DNA of 64,000 nt from Synechococcales cyanobacterium S06 (GTDB lineage Bacteria; Cyanobacteriota; Cyanobacteriia; Cyanobacteriales; JAABRE01), in the NCBI GenBank assembly GCA_011391125.1, contig JAABRE010000006.1:33131-97130 (forward strand), in the 5' to 3' direction. The position numbers were made by a program, and so were the translations under genes. Below the pieces are notes generated by a model. That model did not search any database. It was not told where the DNA came from and was given only the letters and a program-made list of their open reading frames with translations. Of this stretch, positions 40,571 through 51,500 are shown piece by piece; positions within the stretch are counted from its first letter, which is position 1, and each line of letters begins with the position of its first letter.

Positions 40571-41830
40571 CTATTTTTTGACTTGTTGAGTCAGCACTTC
40601 TAAGGCTTTGGCAAATTGGGGATCTTTGGGAGTACCCACTAAAGTGCGATCGCCCTGTAAATCCTTGCGTTGTTGTTCGGATAATTCATAGACAATATCA
40701 GGATCAATACCATGTTTATGAATATCTCGGCCATTGGGAGTGAGATATTTGGCAATGGTAACGGCCAAACCTGAACCATCCCCCAACGGTCGCACAGATT
40801 GAACTAAACCCTTACCAAAAGTCCGAGTACCAATGATCGTAGCGCGTTTATGGTCTTGAAGCGCTCCCGAGAGAATTTCACTCGCACTAGCAGAACCTCC
40901 GTCAACCAAAACAACTAAAGGTTTATCCGTCAAAGCGCTCGCATTCGCCTTTTGTTCCTCCATGGTCCCCACCCGATTGACGGTGGAAACAATGATGCCA
41001 TCATCAATCCACATTCTAGCGATGTCCACACTAGCATAAAGTAAGCCCCCCGGATTAGAACGTAAATCAAGGATATAACCCTTAACCTGTTCTTTTTCCT
41101 CATTTTGCATCGCTTGTCTCATTTCTTGGGCTGCTTGAGCGCTAAACTGAGTTAAACGGATATAACCAATTTTACCCAGGGAGCTATTTTCCACTCTCGC
41201 TTTGACGGGGTGAAGTTCAATGGTTGCTCTCGTCACCGTATAGTTAAATTGCTTGCCATTTCTTTCAACGGTCAAGCTAACTGTCGTACCTGGTTTTCCG
41301 CGAATCATTTTAACTGCGTCATTCACGTCCATTCCCTTGGTATCTTTGCCATCAATTTTCGTGATAATATCCTTCGACAAAAGACCAGCATTAAAAGCAG
41401 GGGTATCTTCAATGGGAGCCACAATAATCAGGCGATCGGTTTTTTCATCCTTCGTAATTTGAATACCAACCCCGGTTAATTCCCCAGAAGTGTCAATTTG
41501 CATATTGTTAAATTCTTCGGGATCCATAAAACGAGTGTAGGGATCTTCTAGTTTTTGGAGCATTTCGCGAATGGCTTTGTAAGCTTCTTCCTTATCCTTG
41601 TAGTTGCGATCTAAATAATCACTGCGAACCTTTCGCCAATCTACTTGATTAAAAGTAGCATCAACATATTGACGATTAATAATTTGCCAAACTTCATCAA
41701 TTAATTCCTTTGGACTATCACGAAAAAAGGCTTGACTGCGCGAAAAATGAAGGCCTGCTCCTGTGATGGTGGCCGCTGACAGTAAAGTGGCGGTAGCTCC
41801 CATAATTAGGCCTCGTTTTGTAATTACCAT
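40571..41830 (-). CDS. ctpC: Carboxyl-terminal processing protease (S41)
   Basis: PDZ domain, LDLRSNPGG, SASASEI, TFGKG; the MVITKRGL N-terminus fits the CtpC paralog. Confidence 0.8.
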   Translation of the reverse strand: MVITKRGLIMGATATLLSAATITGAGLHFSRSQAFFRDSPKELIDEVWQIINRQYVDATFNQVDWRKVRSDYLDRNYKDKEEAYKAIREMLQKLEDPYTRFMDPEEFNNMQIDTSGELTGVGIQITKDEKTDRLIIVAPIEDTPAFNAGLLSKDIITKIDGKDTKGMDVNDAVKMIRGKPGTTVSLTVERNGKQFNYTVTRATIELHPVKARVENSSLGKIGYIRLTQFSAQAAQEMRQAMQNEEKEQVKGYILDLRSNPGGLLYASVDIARMWIDDGIIVSTVNRVGTMEEQKANASALTDKPLVVLVDGGSASASEILSGALQDHKRATIIGTRTFGKGLVQSVRPLGDGSGLAVTIAKYLTPNGRDIHKHGIDPDIVYELSEQQRKDLQGDRTLVGTPKDPQFAKALEVLTQQVKK

Positions 41831-42052
41831 AAGCTTTTTTAATGTAAATAATGTATATATGGGGAATATGTCTGATTCTCCTATTGTTACTTTAGCATAG
41901 CAAACTATGCTTCGGAATCATAAAACATGATTATAGTTACTAACAGTTAGCTGAGAGCTGATTAATAGTTGATTGCTGATTGTAATAGCTAAAATCAGAA
42001 ATTAATTGTGAATTATAGTAATTTCAATTAAGATTAGAACAGTAGAAAAATA

Positions 42053-42103
42053 GGTTCGTTGTTGCGCTTTAGCGCTTTTTAGGACTAAAGTCCAACAACG
42101 AAC
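42053..42103. repeat. REP-like palindrome GTTCGTTGTTG...CAACAACGAAC
   Basis: Same family as 22933, 27170, 54400, 55973 and 62479. Confidence 0.8.
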
Positions 42104-42183
42104 TAAAAACTTTTGTTTAATTTTTATTTGGAATTACTATATAAAGTAACAGATATATTAAGTTTACTAGAGCTAATTTATCT

Positions 42184-43002
42184 ATGGCAAAAAGTAGAAC
42201 AAGAACAAATAATCCGGTCAATCCAAGACAAACCCAATTAAAAAATCAGAGAACCTCAAAAACCAGGGGAACTTTGTGGCGATCGCTGATTGCCATTATA
42301 ATCTTAGGTGGTTTAGGTTGGGTCTTAATGAGACCGAAGTGGATTATTCGAGAAAGTAGTCAAATTGACATCGAAGGTAATCAAATTTTATCCCAAGATG
42401 CCGTGAGAAACATGATTGACCTGTCCTATCCCCAATCTATTTTTCAATTACCGATACCTGAGTTAGATCAACAATTAGAAAATTTACCTCCCTTGCAGTC
42501 AGTCAGGGTAACACGTCAACTTTTACCACCGAAATTAAAAGTCAGGATAACCGAAAGAATTCCCGTGGCGATCGCCTTAGATGGTTCATCACCTCAAGAT
42601 GCGGTTGGTTTTCTGGATCAAGAAGGAATCCTGTTACCAGAAAAATTTTATAGTAGTGTGAAAGAAGAATTTAAGTTACCGAAATTAAGGGTAATTGGTT
42701 TTAAGGAGGAAAATCGTTGGTCTTGGTCACAATTATATGAATTAATTAATCAAGCAAAAATTAAGGTGGAACAAATTGATGGACGAGATAGTAATAACCT
42801 AATTTTAACGACGCAATTGGGAGAAGTCTATTTAGGAGCAGATCCGAATCTTTTATTAGAACAATTAAAAGTATTAGAAGAAATGGTGGTTTTACCCTCT
42901 AAGGTTAAAATTCAGTCCATTGATTATATAGATTTAAGCAATCCGAGTAATCCCTTAATTCAAGTTTTTGAGGTCAAACAAAAACAAACTAAACACAAAT
43001 AA
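42184..43002 (+). CDS. ftsQ: Cell division protein FtsQ
   Basis: Single TM, POTRA-like region (I.GNQ.LS, ERIPVA); directly upstream of ftsZ. Confidence 0.88.
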   Translation: MAKSRTRTNNPVNPRQTQLKNQRTSKTRGTLWRSLIAIIILGGLGWVLMRPKWIIRESSQIDIEGNQILSQDAVRNMIDLSYPQSIFQLPIPELDQQLENLPPLQSVRVTRQLLPPKLKVRITERIPVAIALDGSSPQDAVGFLDQEGILLPEKFYSSVKEEFKLPKLRVIGFKEENRWSWSQLYELINQAKIKVEQIDGRDSNNLILTTQLGEVYLGADPNLLLEQLKVLEEMVVLPSKVKIQSIDYIDLSNPSNPLIQVFEVKQKQTKHK

Positions 43003-43147
43003 TTACCAAAATCGGATTTGGTCATCGGGCCTTTATATCAGATATCCTCAAAATGATGAGTGAGGTAGTTAAGCACAAAACAATTAGTTAGTACATAATT
43101 AACATTGTTCACACACAAAATTATGTATTGAATTTGGCTAAGATATT

Positions 43148-44434
43148 ATGACCATTGATAATAGACTAGAACTAATTAGTAAAATATCACAAATCCAAGA
43201 ATATTCTAACTTATCAGAACCCGTGGCAAATAATAATTTCAGTAATTCCAGTATTCCCTTTTATTTAGCTCAAGATGTGAGAAACATCCCCAAAGAGCAA
43301 AATAAGGGTAGTAACATCATTCCCAGTAACATAGCTCAAATTAAGGTCATTGGCGTGGGTGGTGGTGGTTGTAACGCCGTCAACCGCATGATTGAAATTG
43401 GCATTAGTGGCGTTGAATTTTGGGCGATTAATACCGATGCTCAAGCACTGTCCCATGCAGGAGCAATGAATCGCCTACAATTAGGGCAAAAATTAACTCG
43501 GGGACTTGGTGCAGGAGGCAATCCCGCCATCGGGCAAAAAGCCGCCGAAGAATCAAGGGACGAAATTGCCCAAGCTTTAGAAGATACGGATTTAGTCTTT
43601 ATTACCGCCGGTATGGGGGGGGGTACAGGTACAGGTGCAGCGCCCATCGTAGCCGAAATCGCTAAGGAAATGGGCTGTTTAACCGTCGGGGTAGTGACAA
43701 AACCTTTCACCTTTGAAGGTAGAAAACGCACCCTACAAGCTCAAGATGGCATTGCTGGACTACAAAGTCGAGTTGATACTTTAATCGTAATACCAAATAA
43801 CAAATTAATTCAAGTAATTTCCCCCGAAACTCCCTTACAGGAAGCTTTCCGGGTTGCTGACGACATTCTCAGACAAGGTGTGCAGGGGATTTCCGATATT
43901 ATCACCTTACCAGGTTTAGTAAATGTGGATTTTGCTGACGTAAGAGCCGTCATGGCCGACGCAGGATCAGCATTAATGGGGATTGGGATTGGTTCGGGTA
44001 AATCAAGAGCTTCCGATGCAGCCGTAGCGGCTATTTCCTCACCTTTACTGGAATCTTCCATTGAAGGTGCTAGGGGCGTAGTTTTAAATATTACCGGTGG
44101 TAGGGATTTGACCCTTCATGAAGTGAATACCGCAGCCGAAACCATTTTTAATGTGGTTGATCCCGATGCCAATATTATCTTCGGGGCGGTTATTGATGAA
44201 AAAATACAGGGTGAATTATTAATTACCGTAATTGCCACTGGTTTTAATGAAAATGTCGGCGAAGTAGTGGAAAAAACTAGGTCGATTTTCCCCCAAACAC
44301 CACCTCAACGGACAACTACGCCAACCCCACCCCCACCGATTCAACCACAAATTAGGCAACCTGAACCTCCTCCAGCTAAGGGTTTAGATATACCCGACTT
44401 TTTACAACGTCGTCGCAACCCCCCAAGAAGATAA
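43148..44434 (+). CDS. ftsZ: Cell division protein FtsZ
   Basis: GGGTGTG tubulin motif, NVDFADV, C-terminal LDIPDFL. Confidence 0.98.
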   Translation: MTIDNRLELISKISQIQEYSNLSEPVANNNFSNSSIPFYLAQDVRNIPKEQNKGSNIIPSNIAQIKVIGVGGGGCNAVNRMIEIGISGVEFWAINTDAQALSHAGAMNRLQLGQKLTRGLGAGGNPAIGQKAAEESRDEIAQALEDTDLVFITAGMGGGTGTGAAPIVAEIAKEMGCLTVGVVTKPFTFEGRKRTLQAQDGIAGLQSRVDTLIVIPNNKLIQVISPETPLQEAFRVADDILRQGVQGISDIITLPGLVNVDFADVRAVMADAGSALMGIGIGSGKSRASDAAVAAISSPLLESSIEGARGVVLNITGGRDLTLHEVNTAAETIFNVVDPDANIIFGAVIDEKIQGELLITVIATGFNENVGEVVEKTRSIFPQTPPQRTTTPTPPPPIQPQIRQPEPPPAKGLDIPDFLQRRRNPPRR

Positions 44435-44436
44435 TT

Positions 44437-44499
44437 AATAGTTGACAGTTAATAGTTGATAGTTGATAGTTGACAGTTGATAGTTGATAGTTGATAGTT
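44437..44499. repeat. Heptamer tandem repeat (ATAGTTG)n
   Basis: ~9 imperfect units after the ftsZ stop. Confidence 0.85.
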
Positions 44500-44645
44500 A
44501 TTAATTATTAACTAATCACTGTTAATTGTTAAGAATTTAACGGCGATTGCTCTGAAAATTAAACGACTATATTTAACCTTAATTTAAGTCTGTTTATGGT
44601 TAAATATTAGCAACAAAAATTAATGAAAAATATTAGATACTTAAC

Positions 44646-45206
44646 ATGACTTATAATGGTAGTTTTAACTTAGTTTTGGCAAAATCTAATCATCAAGAAT
44701 CGAATAATTCTAATTACAATCCCTCTGTCCCGATCGCCGTTTATCGTCAACTAGCAGAAGAGTTAAATGCAACTCAAACTAGCTTAAAATATACGGAACA
44801 AAAAAACGAGCAATTAACTCAAGAAAATCAAGAATTAAGACAAGAATTAGCCCATTTAATTAAACAAAGTGAACAATTAAAACAGCTAGTTTCTAACTTT
44901 GAATTTACCGTGAATATTACCGATTTTGAATCACCAGTAACAGAAGAAAAAGCACAAATAAAGCAATTTAGGGAAGAAACCAAAGCACAAAACCCCAAAA
45001 AACCGGCCAAAAAACCGAAAACAAAGGTAAATCAGGCAAAAATGGTGGCGGAAATGCAGCCCCAAAAGTCCCATAAACTCTCGGTTTCAGACCCCGGAGA
45101 AACCAATGGTCTCTTTTTGGCGATCGCCATTATCTTCATTCTCTTAACCACCTTTGGTGCAGGATTAATAGTAATTAAAACATACTTAGGCAATAATAAC
45201 CGTTAA
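44646..45206 (+). CDS. Coiled-coil protein with C-terminal TM helix
   Basis: PSVPIAVYRQLAEEL motif, coiled coil, C-terminal anchor. Confidence 0.7.
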   Translation: MTYNGSFNLVLAKSNHQESNNSNYNPSVPIAVYRQLAEELNATQTSLKYTEQKNEQLTQENQELRQELAHLIKQSEQLKQLVSNFEFTVNITDFESPVTEEKAQIKQFREETKAQNPKKPAKKPKTKVNQAKMVAEMQPQKSHKLSVSDPGETNGLFLAIAIIFILLTTFGAGLIVIKTYLGNNNR

Positions 45207-45438
45207 ATTAGTTGATAGTTAAGAGTTGACAATTGATAGTAGTTAACTCTGATTGATTAACTAAGATTTTATTTTTGCTGATTCTTAATTGTCAAGTATC
45301 TATTATCAATTGTATAATCAGCTTGTTCATAGTAAATAAAATCTAGTCCCATAAAAATAACCGTCAAAAAAAGATACTTATCAATGATAAATTGTATAAT
45401 CCTGTTAATTTTGTAAATCAAGGTAATCCTGATAAAAA

Positions 45439-46728
45439 ATGGGTATAATTCAAGCGATTAGAGGAACTAGAGACTTATTACCAGAAGACATTGTTTACTG
45501 GCAAAAAGTTGAGTCAGTCACAAGAAAATTACTGACTCAAGCAGCATATCAAGAAATTAGGACTCCCATTTTTGAGGGGACTGACCTCTTTGAACGAGGC
45601 ATTGGGGAAAATACCGATGTAGTTGGTAAGGAAATGTACACTTTCCTTGACCGGGGCGATCGCTCGTTGACTTTACGGCCAGAAGGTACAGCTGGGGTGG
45701 TTCGGTCATATATTGAACATAAGCTACATGGTCAAGGCGGTGTTCAACGTCTGTGGTACACTGGGCCGATGTTTCGTTATGAACGGCCTCAAGCTGGACG
45801 ACAAAGGCAATTTCACCAAATCGGGGTTGAGTTGCTCGGTAGTGCCTCAGCAAGAGCGGATGTGGAAGTCATTGCCTTGGCTAACGATTTATTGGGCAAT
45901 TTAGGCTTAAAAAATCTGACTTTGTCGCTCAATTCCGTGGGCAATGGGGAAGATCGCCAAAATTATCGGGAGGCTTTAGTCAATTATTTAAGTCCCTATC
46001 AACAGGAATTGGACAAGGATTCCCAAGAAAGGTTACAACGCAATCCTTTACGGATTTTAGATAGTAAGGATCAACGCACTCAGGAAATTGCCCAAAATGC
46101 ACCGCAAATTTGGCAATATTTGGGCGAAAATTCCCGTAAACATTTTGACACGGTACAACAATTATTGACGGAGTTAGGGATTGCATACCAACTGAATCAC
46201 TGTCTAGTCAGGGGTTTGGACTATTATAGTCATACTGCCTTTGAAATTCAATCTAGTGACTTGGGGGCTCAAGCTACGGTTTGTGGTGGGGGACGCTATG
46301 ATGGTTTAGTCTCTCAATTGGGTGGTCCAGAAACGCCGGCCGTTGGCTGGGCGATCGGCATGGAACGGTTAATTTTATTATTACAGCAAATACAGCCAAA
46401 ACCCTTACCAGAACTGGATTTTTATCTAGTTTCCCGGGGGGAAAAAGCGGAATCTCAGGCTTTGATTTTGGCGCACAAATTGCGCAAGTTGGATTTTAGT
46501 GTAGAGTTAGATTTGAGTGGAAGTGCCTTTAATAAACAGTTTAAACGAGCAGATCGCTCTGGAGCGGCTATTTGTCTCGTCTTAGGAGATGAAGAAGCAC
46601 ACAAGCAAACTGTTAATTTAAAATGGATGGGTACAAAAGAACAACAGGCGATCGCCCAAACTGAATTACTCGGTATGGTTGAGCAACTGCGGCAGCAAAT
46701 TGAGGCACAAAAAAATCCTGTAATATAA
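45439..46728 (+). CDS. hisS: Histidine--tRNA ligase
   Basis: [37 protein letters not shown]. Confidence 0.97.
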   Translation: MGIIQAIRGTRDLLPEDIVYWQKVESVTRKLLTQAAYQEIRTPIFEGTDLFERGIGENTDVVGKEMYTFLDRGDRSLTLRPEGTAGVVRSYIEHKLHGQGGVQRLWYTGPMFRYERPQAGRQRQFHQIGVELLGSASARADVEVIALANDLLGNLGLKNLTLSLNSVGNGEDRQNYREALVNYLSPYQQELDKDSQERLQRNPLRILDSKDQRTQEIAQNAPQIWQYLGENSRKHFDTVQQLLTELGIAYQLNHCLVRGLDYYSHTAFEIQSSDLGAQATVCGGGRYDGLVSQLGGPETPAVGWAIGMERLILLLQQIQPKPLPELDFYLVSRGEKAESQALILAHKLRKLDFSVELDLSGSAFNKQFKRADRSGAAICLVLGDEEAHKQTVNLKWMGTKEQQAIAQTELLGMVEQLRQQIEAQKNPVI

Positions 46729-46730
46729 CA

Positions 46731-48251
46731 ATGGCAAGTAATTGGCAATTTTTCCTACAAAAAAAAGGCTCTCGCTCCTGGAAAAGGATTTCATCATCAA
46801 TGGTTGATTTACCGGAGGGTGTCTATCGAGTCATGGCCTCCACCCATCTGAAAAATACGGAAGTAAAAATTTGTGTTTTTCATCAGTACGCCAAAAAAGG
46901 GGAATCAAAACAGCGTTTTTACACTTCTTCTCACGTCACTGATGAGAAGGGATTATTGCCAATTTTGCCATTTACCTATTTAAAACCGGAAGTTTGGGAA
47001 TTATTTTGTAATTTTAGTGATGATGGCCCTCCCGAAGAAACTTTAACCATTTCCATCAAAGAAATGACTGCCCAGATTAAACCCCAATTACAAATTATTT
47101 TAAATCAAGAGCATTTTATTTTAGAAAAAGATGAAAATTCAATTTTAATTTCTGGTGTCATTAAAAATCGCCAAAATTTCGGCGAGTTAACCGAACCTTT
47201 TGAGGGAAAGTTATATTCTCAATTAAGAAATTCTCACACTGGGGAAGTTTTGTTATCCAACCAAGAACCGGTTTTACAACAATTACCCTATAGTTTTAGC
47301 CAGGTTATTAATAATATTAATTGGTCCATTGAATTAATTTTAGGTGAACTAATTTTATTGGATCAGAATTTGGATATTGTCACCCGTGAATCCTTCACTA
47401 TTACCATTAATTTAGAACAGTTATTACATCGAGGGAAATATAAAAGATATAATAACCAGATTGAACTTTTACAATGGAATAAACCTGTTCATAATTATGA
47501 GCAATTACCCCATTCCGATGGTCAAGTTTTACCTCCTAAAATACCCACTAATCCTGGTTCTTATCGTACTAAAGTAATTGATTTACCACGTTTTTCTCAA
47601 TCGCCAAATAACAATTCTGCTCCTTGTTTACCCCAGAATAATGGACATCAAACCACTGAGAATTCATCTTCTTTGGTGACAAAACCTCACCATGGTTCTG
47701 GTTTATCTTTACCACAAATTAAACCGAGATCGGTTAAAGTTGACCAAGAATTTGCTAGTTTAAATTTAGAAAATCGCTTTTTTTCTCGTTTATATAATTT
47801 AGCGGTACTTCCCCAGAATAATTATCATAAATCTGAGGAGGAAAAACCATCTTTTGACGAGCAAGAAATTCCAGTTTTTCGGGGTAATATTTCTGATTTT
47901 ATTACCCAGCAACAATTAGATTTTTTATCCGTACCTAGTCCGATTTTAAATGTCTTTTCCGAGGAATTTAAACCAGGAAATCCCCTTAATATTAATCTTA
48001 AAATACCGAATTATACTAATAATATTTCTGTGAAACTTTGGTTACAAGATCGTCAAACGCGATCGCTGTTAATTGAGCCAATTTATGTCCATGGTTTCAT
48101 TTTAAATGACCAAAACGAGTTAGAAACTACCACCGAATTAACCATTCCATTTGGTAGTTTGGAAATAGTTGTCGAGGCGATCGCCATTGATCACAAAACG
48201 AAACGAGAAAGTTACAAAACCTCTTTAATTCTAACCGTTTCACCGATTTAA
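46731..48251 (+). CDS. Cyanobacterial hypothetical protein
   Basis: W.F.LQK.G...W N-terminus and VKLWLQDRQTRSLL C-terminal motif. Confidence 0.65.
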   Translation: MASNWQFFLQKKGSRSWKRISSSMVDLPEGVYRVMASTHLKNTEVKICVFHQYAKKGESKQRFYTSSHVTDEKGLLPILPFTYLKPEVWELFCNFSDDGPPEETLTISIKEMTAQIKPQLQIILNQEHFILEKDENSILISGVIKNRQNFGELTEPFEGKLYSQLRNSHTGEVLLSNQEPVLQQLPYSFSQVINNINWSIELILGELILLDQNLDIVTRESFTITINLEQLLHRGKYKRYNNQIELLQWNKPVHNYEQLPHSDGQVLPPKIPTNPGSYRTKVIDLPRFSQSPNNNSAPCLPQNNGHQTTENSSSLVTKPHHGSGLSLPQIKPRSVKVDQEFASLNLENRFFSRLYNLAVLPQNNYHKSEEEKPSFDEQEIPVFRGNISDFITQQQLDFLSVPSPILNVFSEEFKPGNPLNINLKIPNYTNNISVKLWLQDRQTRSLLIEPIYVHGFILNDQNELETTTELTIPFGSLEIVVEAIAIDHKTKRESYKTSLILTVSPI

Positions 48252-48580
48252 GTTCATCCGTGACAACTGGATTTGATGACTATTTTTTCATCAAATCCAG
48301 TGAAAAGATCGCAATCTTCTTGAGTTGGTAGTGGAGACTTTGCTCCTGTGTCACCCTACTACCATCTGCATTGCGAGCAAGAATTTTTTAAATTTTCAAC
48401 ACTCCTCAAGCTTTAATTGTTAAATTTTGTTAAGAATTGGATCACTTTTTAGATTATTTAGCTATATTTACATACGTACGCATATACGTACGTATAACTT
48501 TGCGTATAGGCAGTGAAATCAATTCTTGAAGCTTTAAAAAATAATTTTAACAATCATTAATTAACAAGAGGAATTTAATC

Positions 48581-51500
48581 ATGGAAGACGATAGTTTAGA
48601 TCAGAGTTTAATGGATCCGTTAGTGGGTGAATTGACTGAATCTCTACCCACAGTGACCACCGATAAACAGGATTACGCACCGGGCGAAACCGTGACGATT
48701 ACGGCGAGGGGTTTTGAGGCCGGTTCGACGATTACGTTGGCGATCGCCGACGACCCCAACGATCCCGGCGATGATGGCGATGCGGATGTTTATCAACCCT
48801 TTTCGATTACAGATGGGGGCGAAGGTGACTTAGACGGGGTCGCCAATGGACAAATTATTACGACCTGGATCGTGCCAAAAGATAACAACGGCACGGGTAG
48901 CGGCACTCCCGATGCGTTAAATGCCACCCTGATTTTGACAGCGACGGGCGATGGTATTGATCACAGGTTTGGCACCATCGATGACCAGGTAGCGACGACG
49001 ACGTTTACCGATGCAGATACTGATCGAGTTCCGGTGCAGTTTTTCTACGTGCCGTTCCCTGAAGACCAGCTATTGCAGGGACTCCAGGCCATTGAGGCTG
49101 GCAGTACGAGTCCTGATCCCGTGAATCCCGTTCAAACCTACATCTCGATCGCTGCGATCGCCAACAACACCATCGTTTACTACGATCAGTGGGAGAACGG
49201 CTATGATGGCGACATCGCTAACCCTCTGAATTTGTATAGCACAAGCAACTTGGGTGGCACGCAAATCTGGGGCGATGGCAATACTGCCAATGGAGCGGCA
49301 CCGGGGGTCACCACGAATGCCGGCGATGTCATCAATGCAGGAACGGTGATTGTCTTGAACAATTCCGTCAGTACCACCAATCTTTCGGCGATCGACTTTG
49401 ATGGTCGGGACAAGATCGCCGCAACCCAAACCATCGCTGTGACTAAAACTGGCTGGGCTTCGGGTTCAAACACTCTGCTGGCAGGATCAGTGGAAGTTTT
49501 CGATACCAACAACTGGGGAACGGACTATCGTGCTCCGGTGGGCGTAAACATCCCTGACGCTACCGATTTTCAGATGTTTGAGTACACCAGTTTGGCGATT
49601 ATGGCTGGTGAAGGGGGAGCACTCATCAGCTTCGATAATAATAACGACGGTGATTTTCTTGATACTGGAGAGTTCCAGAATCAGATTTTGTTAGAGGGAG
49701 AGAGCCGCTTTATCAATGGTGGCGTTAATGTGGGGGCAAAGGTCTCATCCGACAAGCCAGTACAAGTGGATATCCTCACCGGTGACATCGGCTCCAGCTA
49801 CGAGAGCCGAGATTCGGCACTGTTACCGACCAATTTGTGGTCCAGCAGTTACTATACACCGGTATCAACCCCCGACCAAGCCCAAGAGAGAGCCGGAACT
49901 GACACGACGGTCTGGCTATACAATCCCGGCACAAGTCAGATCTCCGTCACCTATGAACGGCGTGAGAGTGGAGTTTTAACCTCCTCCACAATTACTGTCC
50001 CCGGTGGTACAGCCGGCGGCTATGTCAAGCAAATCATTCCCGATGGTTCGGGAGCGCATTTCTTTACTCTAGGTAACGAGAAATTCTACGCCTTCTCGAC
50101 CACCAACTCTACCGATACGAATACAAACGGCAACCAAGCATGGGACTGGGGGTTCTCGCTCATTCCCCAAGATTCGCTGACACCTCAGGTGCTCATTGGT
50201 TTGGGAATCGGTCGCGATCCCACATCCTCCATCAGTCCCAACGAAAACGGTAATCCGGTCTGGGTTACGCCCGTCGGCAATGGTGAGACGGCCGTCGATG
50301 TCTATGTAGATTTCGATGCCAATCCTTCCACCGGCAGCCTCACCGATCCCAACGGCAACAAATACGACCAGAAGCTTAGCCTCAAGGAACTCGAACGGGC
50401 TAAGGTTTACGACACGGACGATGGCAACCAAACCGGGACACTGATCTATACCCTAGGGTCTGGCGTCAAGCTGGCGGCAGCCTGGGGACAAGATCCAACG
50501 ACAGCTAACCGTTTGGCTCCGGGTTTGGATGTGGGTACGGGAGTCGTCCCCCTACCGCTATTTTCGGCAGGCAAGAACGGCACGCTGTCTGACGATAAGG
50601 ATAACAGTGGAAATGTAAGCCCAGGCGATGAAATAATCTATAAAATTGTCGTCAACAACACCAGCCGCGCTCCCGTGCCTAATATTCTGCTGAAGGATAA
50701 CCTCCCCGCCGATACGACTTACGTTGCTAATAGCACCACATTCAAGAATGCTCTTGGCGTTACGACCCCAATTGCTGACGATGCTGACGATGGTTCGGGG
50801 ACAGCTTTCCCTCTGGATGGAAGCGGTAGCCTCCTCGACAATGTCACCGCTCTGCCAGTTGGCGGGTCATACGAAGTGACCTTCAAGGTGACCATCGACA
50901 GTTTCCCCAATTTAACCCCAGGCACCACACAAATCCTGAACACAGGTTCAGCCACCGCCGTCGGTACCACGATCCCCTTTTCAGATACGACTCCGCTCAA
51001 CTTCAGCACCAATATTAATATCGAGAAGTTCACTAACGCAGAAGATGCGGATAGTGAAACAGGACCGTTTATCTTGGTTGGCAGTCCAGTAACTTGGACT
51101 TACAATGTCACCACGACTGGTAACGTTTGGCTCTCAGGCATTTCTGTCACCGATAGCGTATCCGGTGTCAATCCCACCGCTGTAGATGCCAACTACGACG
51201 GCAAGAACGACGGCGACACAAACCAAGACAACATCCTCCAACCCGGCGAAACTTGGCTCTACCAAGCTACCGGTACCGCCACCCCCGGACAGTACAGCAA
51301 CATCGGCACTGCAACTGGCAACCCTGTTTACAATGACGGCACCACACCAATTCCTGGCTTGTCTAGTCCTAGCGATACCGACTGGAGCCATTACTTTGGT
51401 GCCGCTCCCTCGCTGACCATTGACAAGTTTTTCACCAACGCAGATGACGCAATTGTGGATACCGCTGGTGAAACCATTGAGTACACCATCGTGGTGGACA

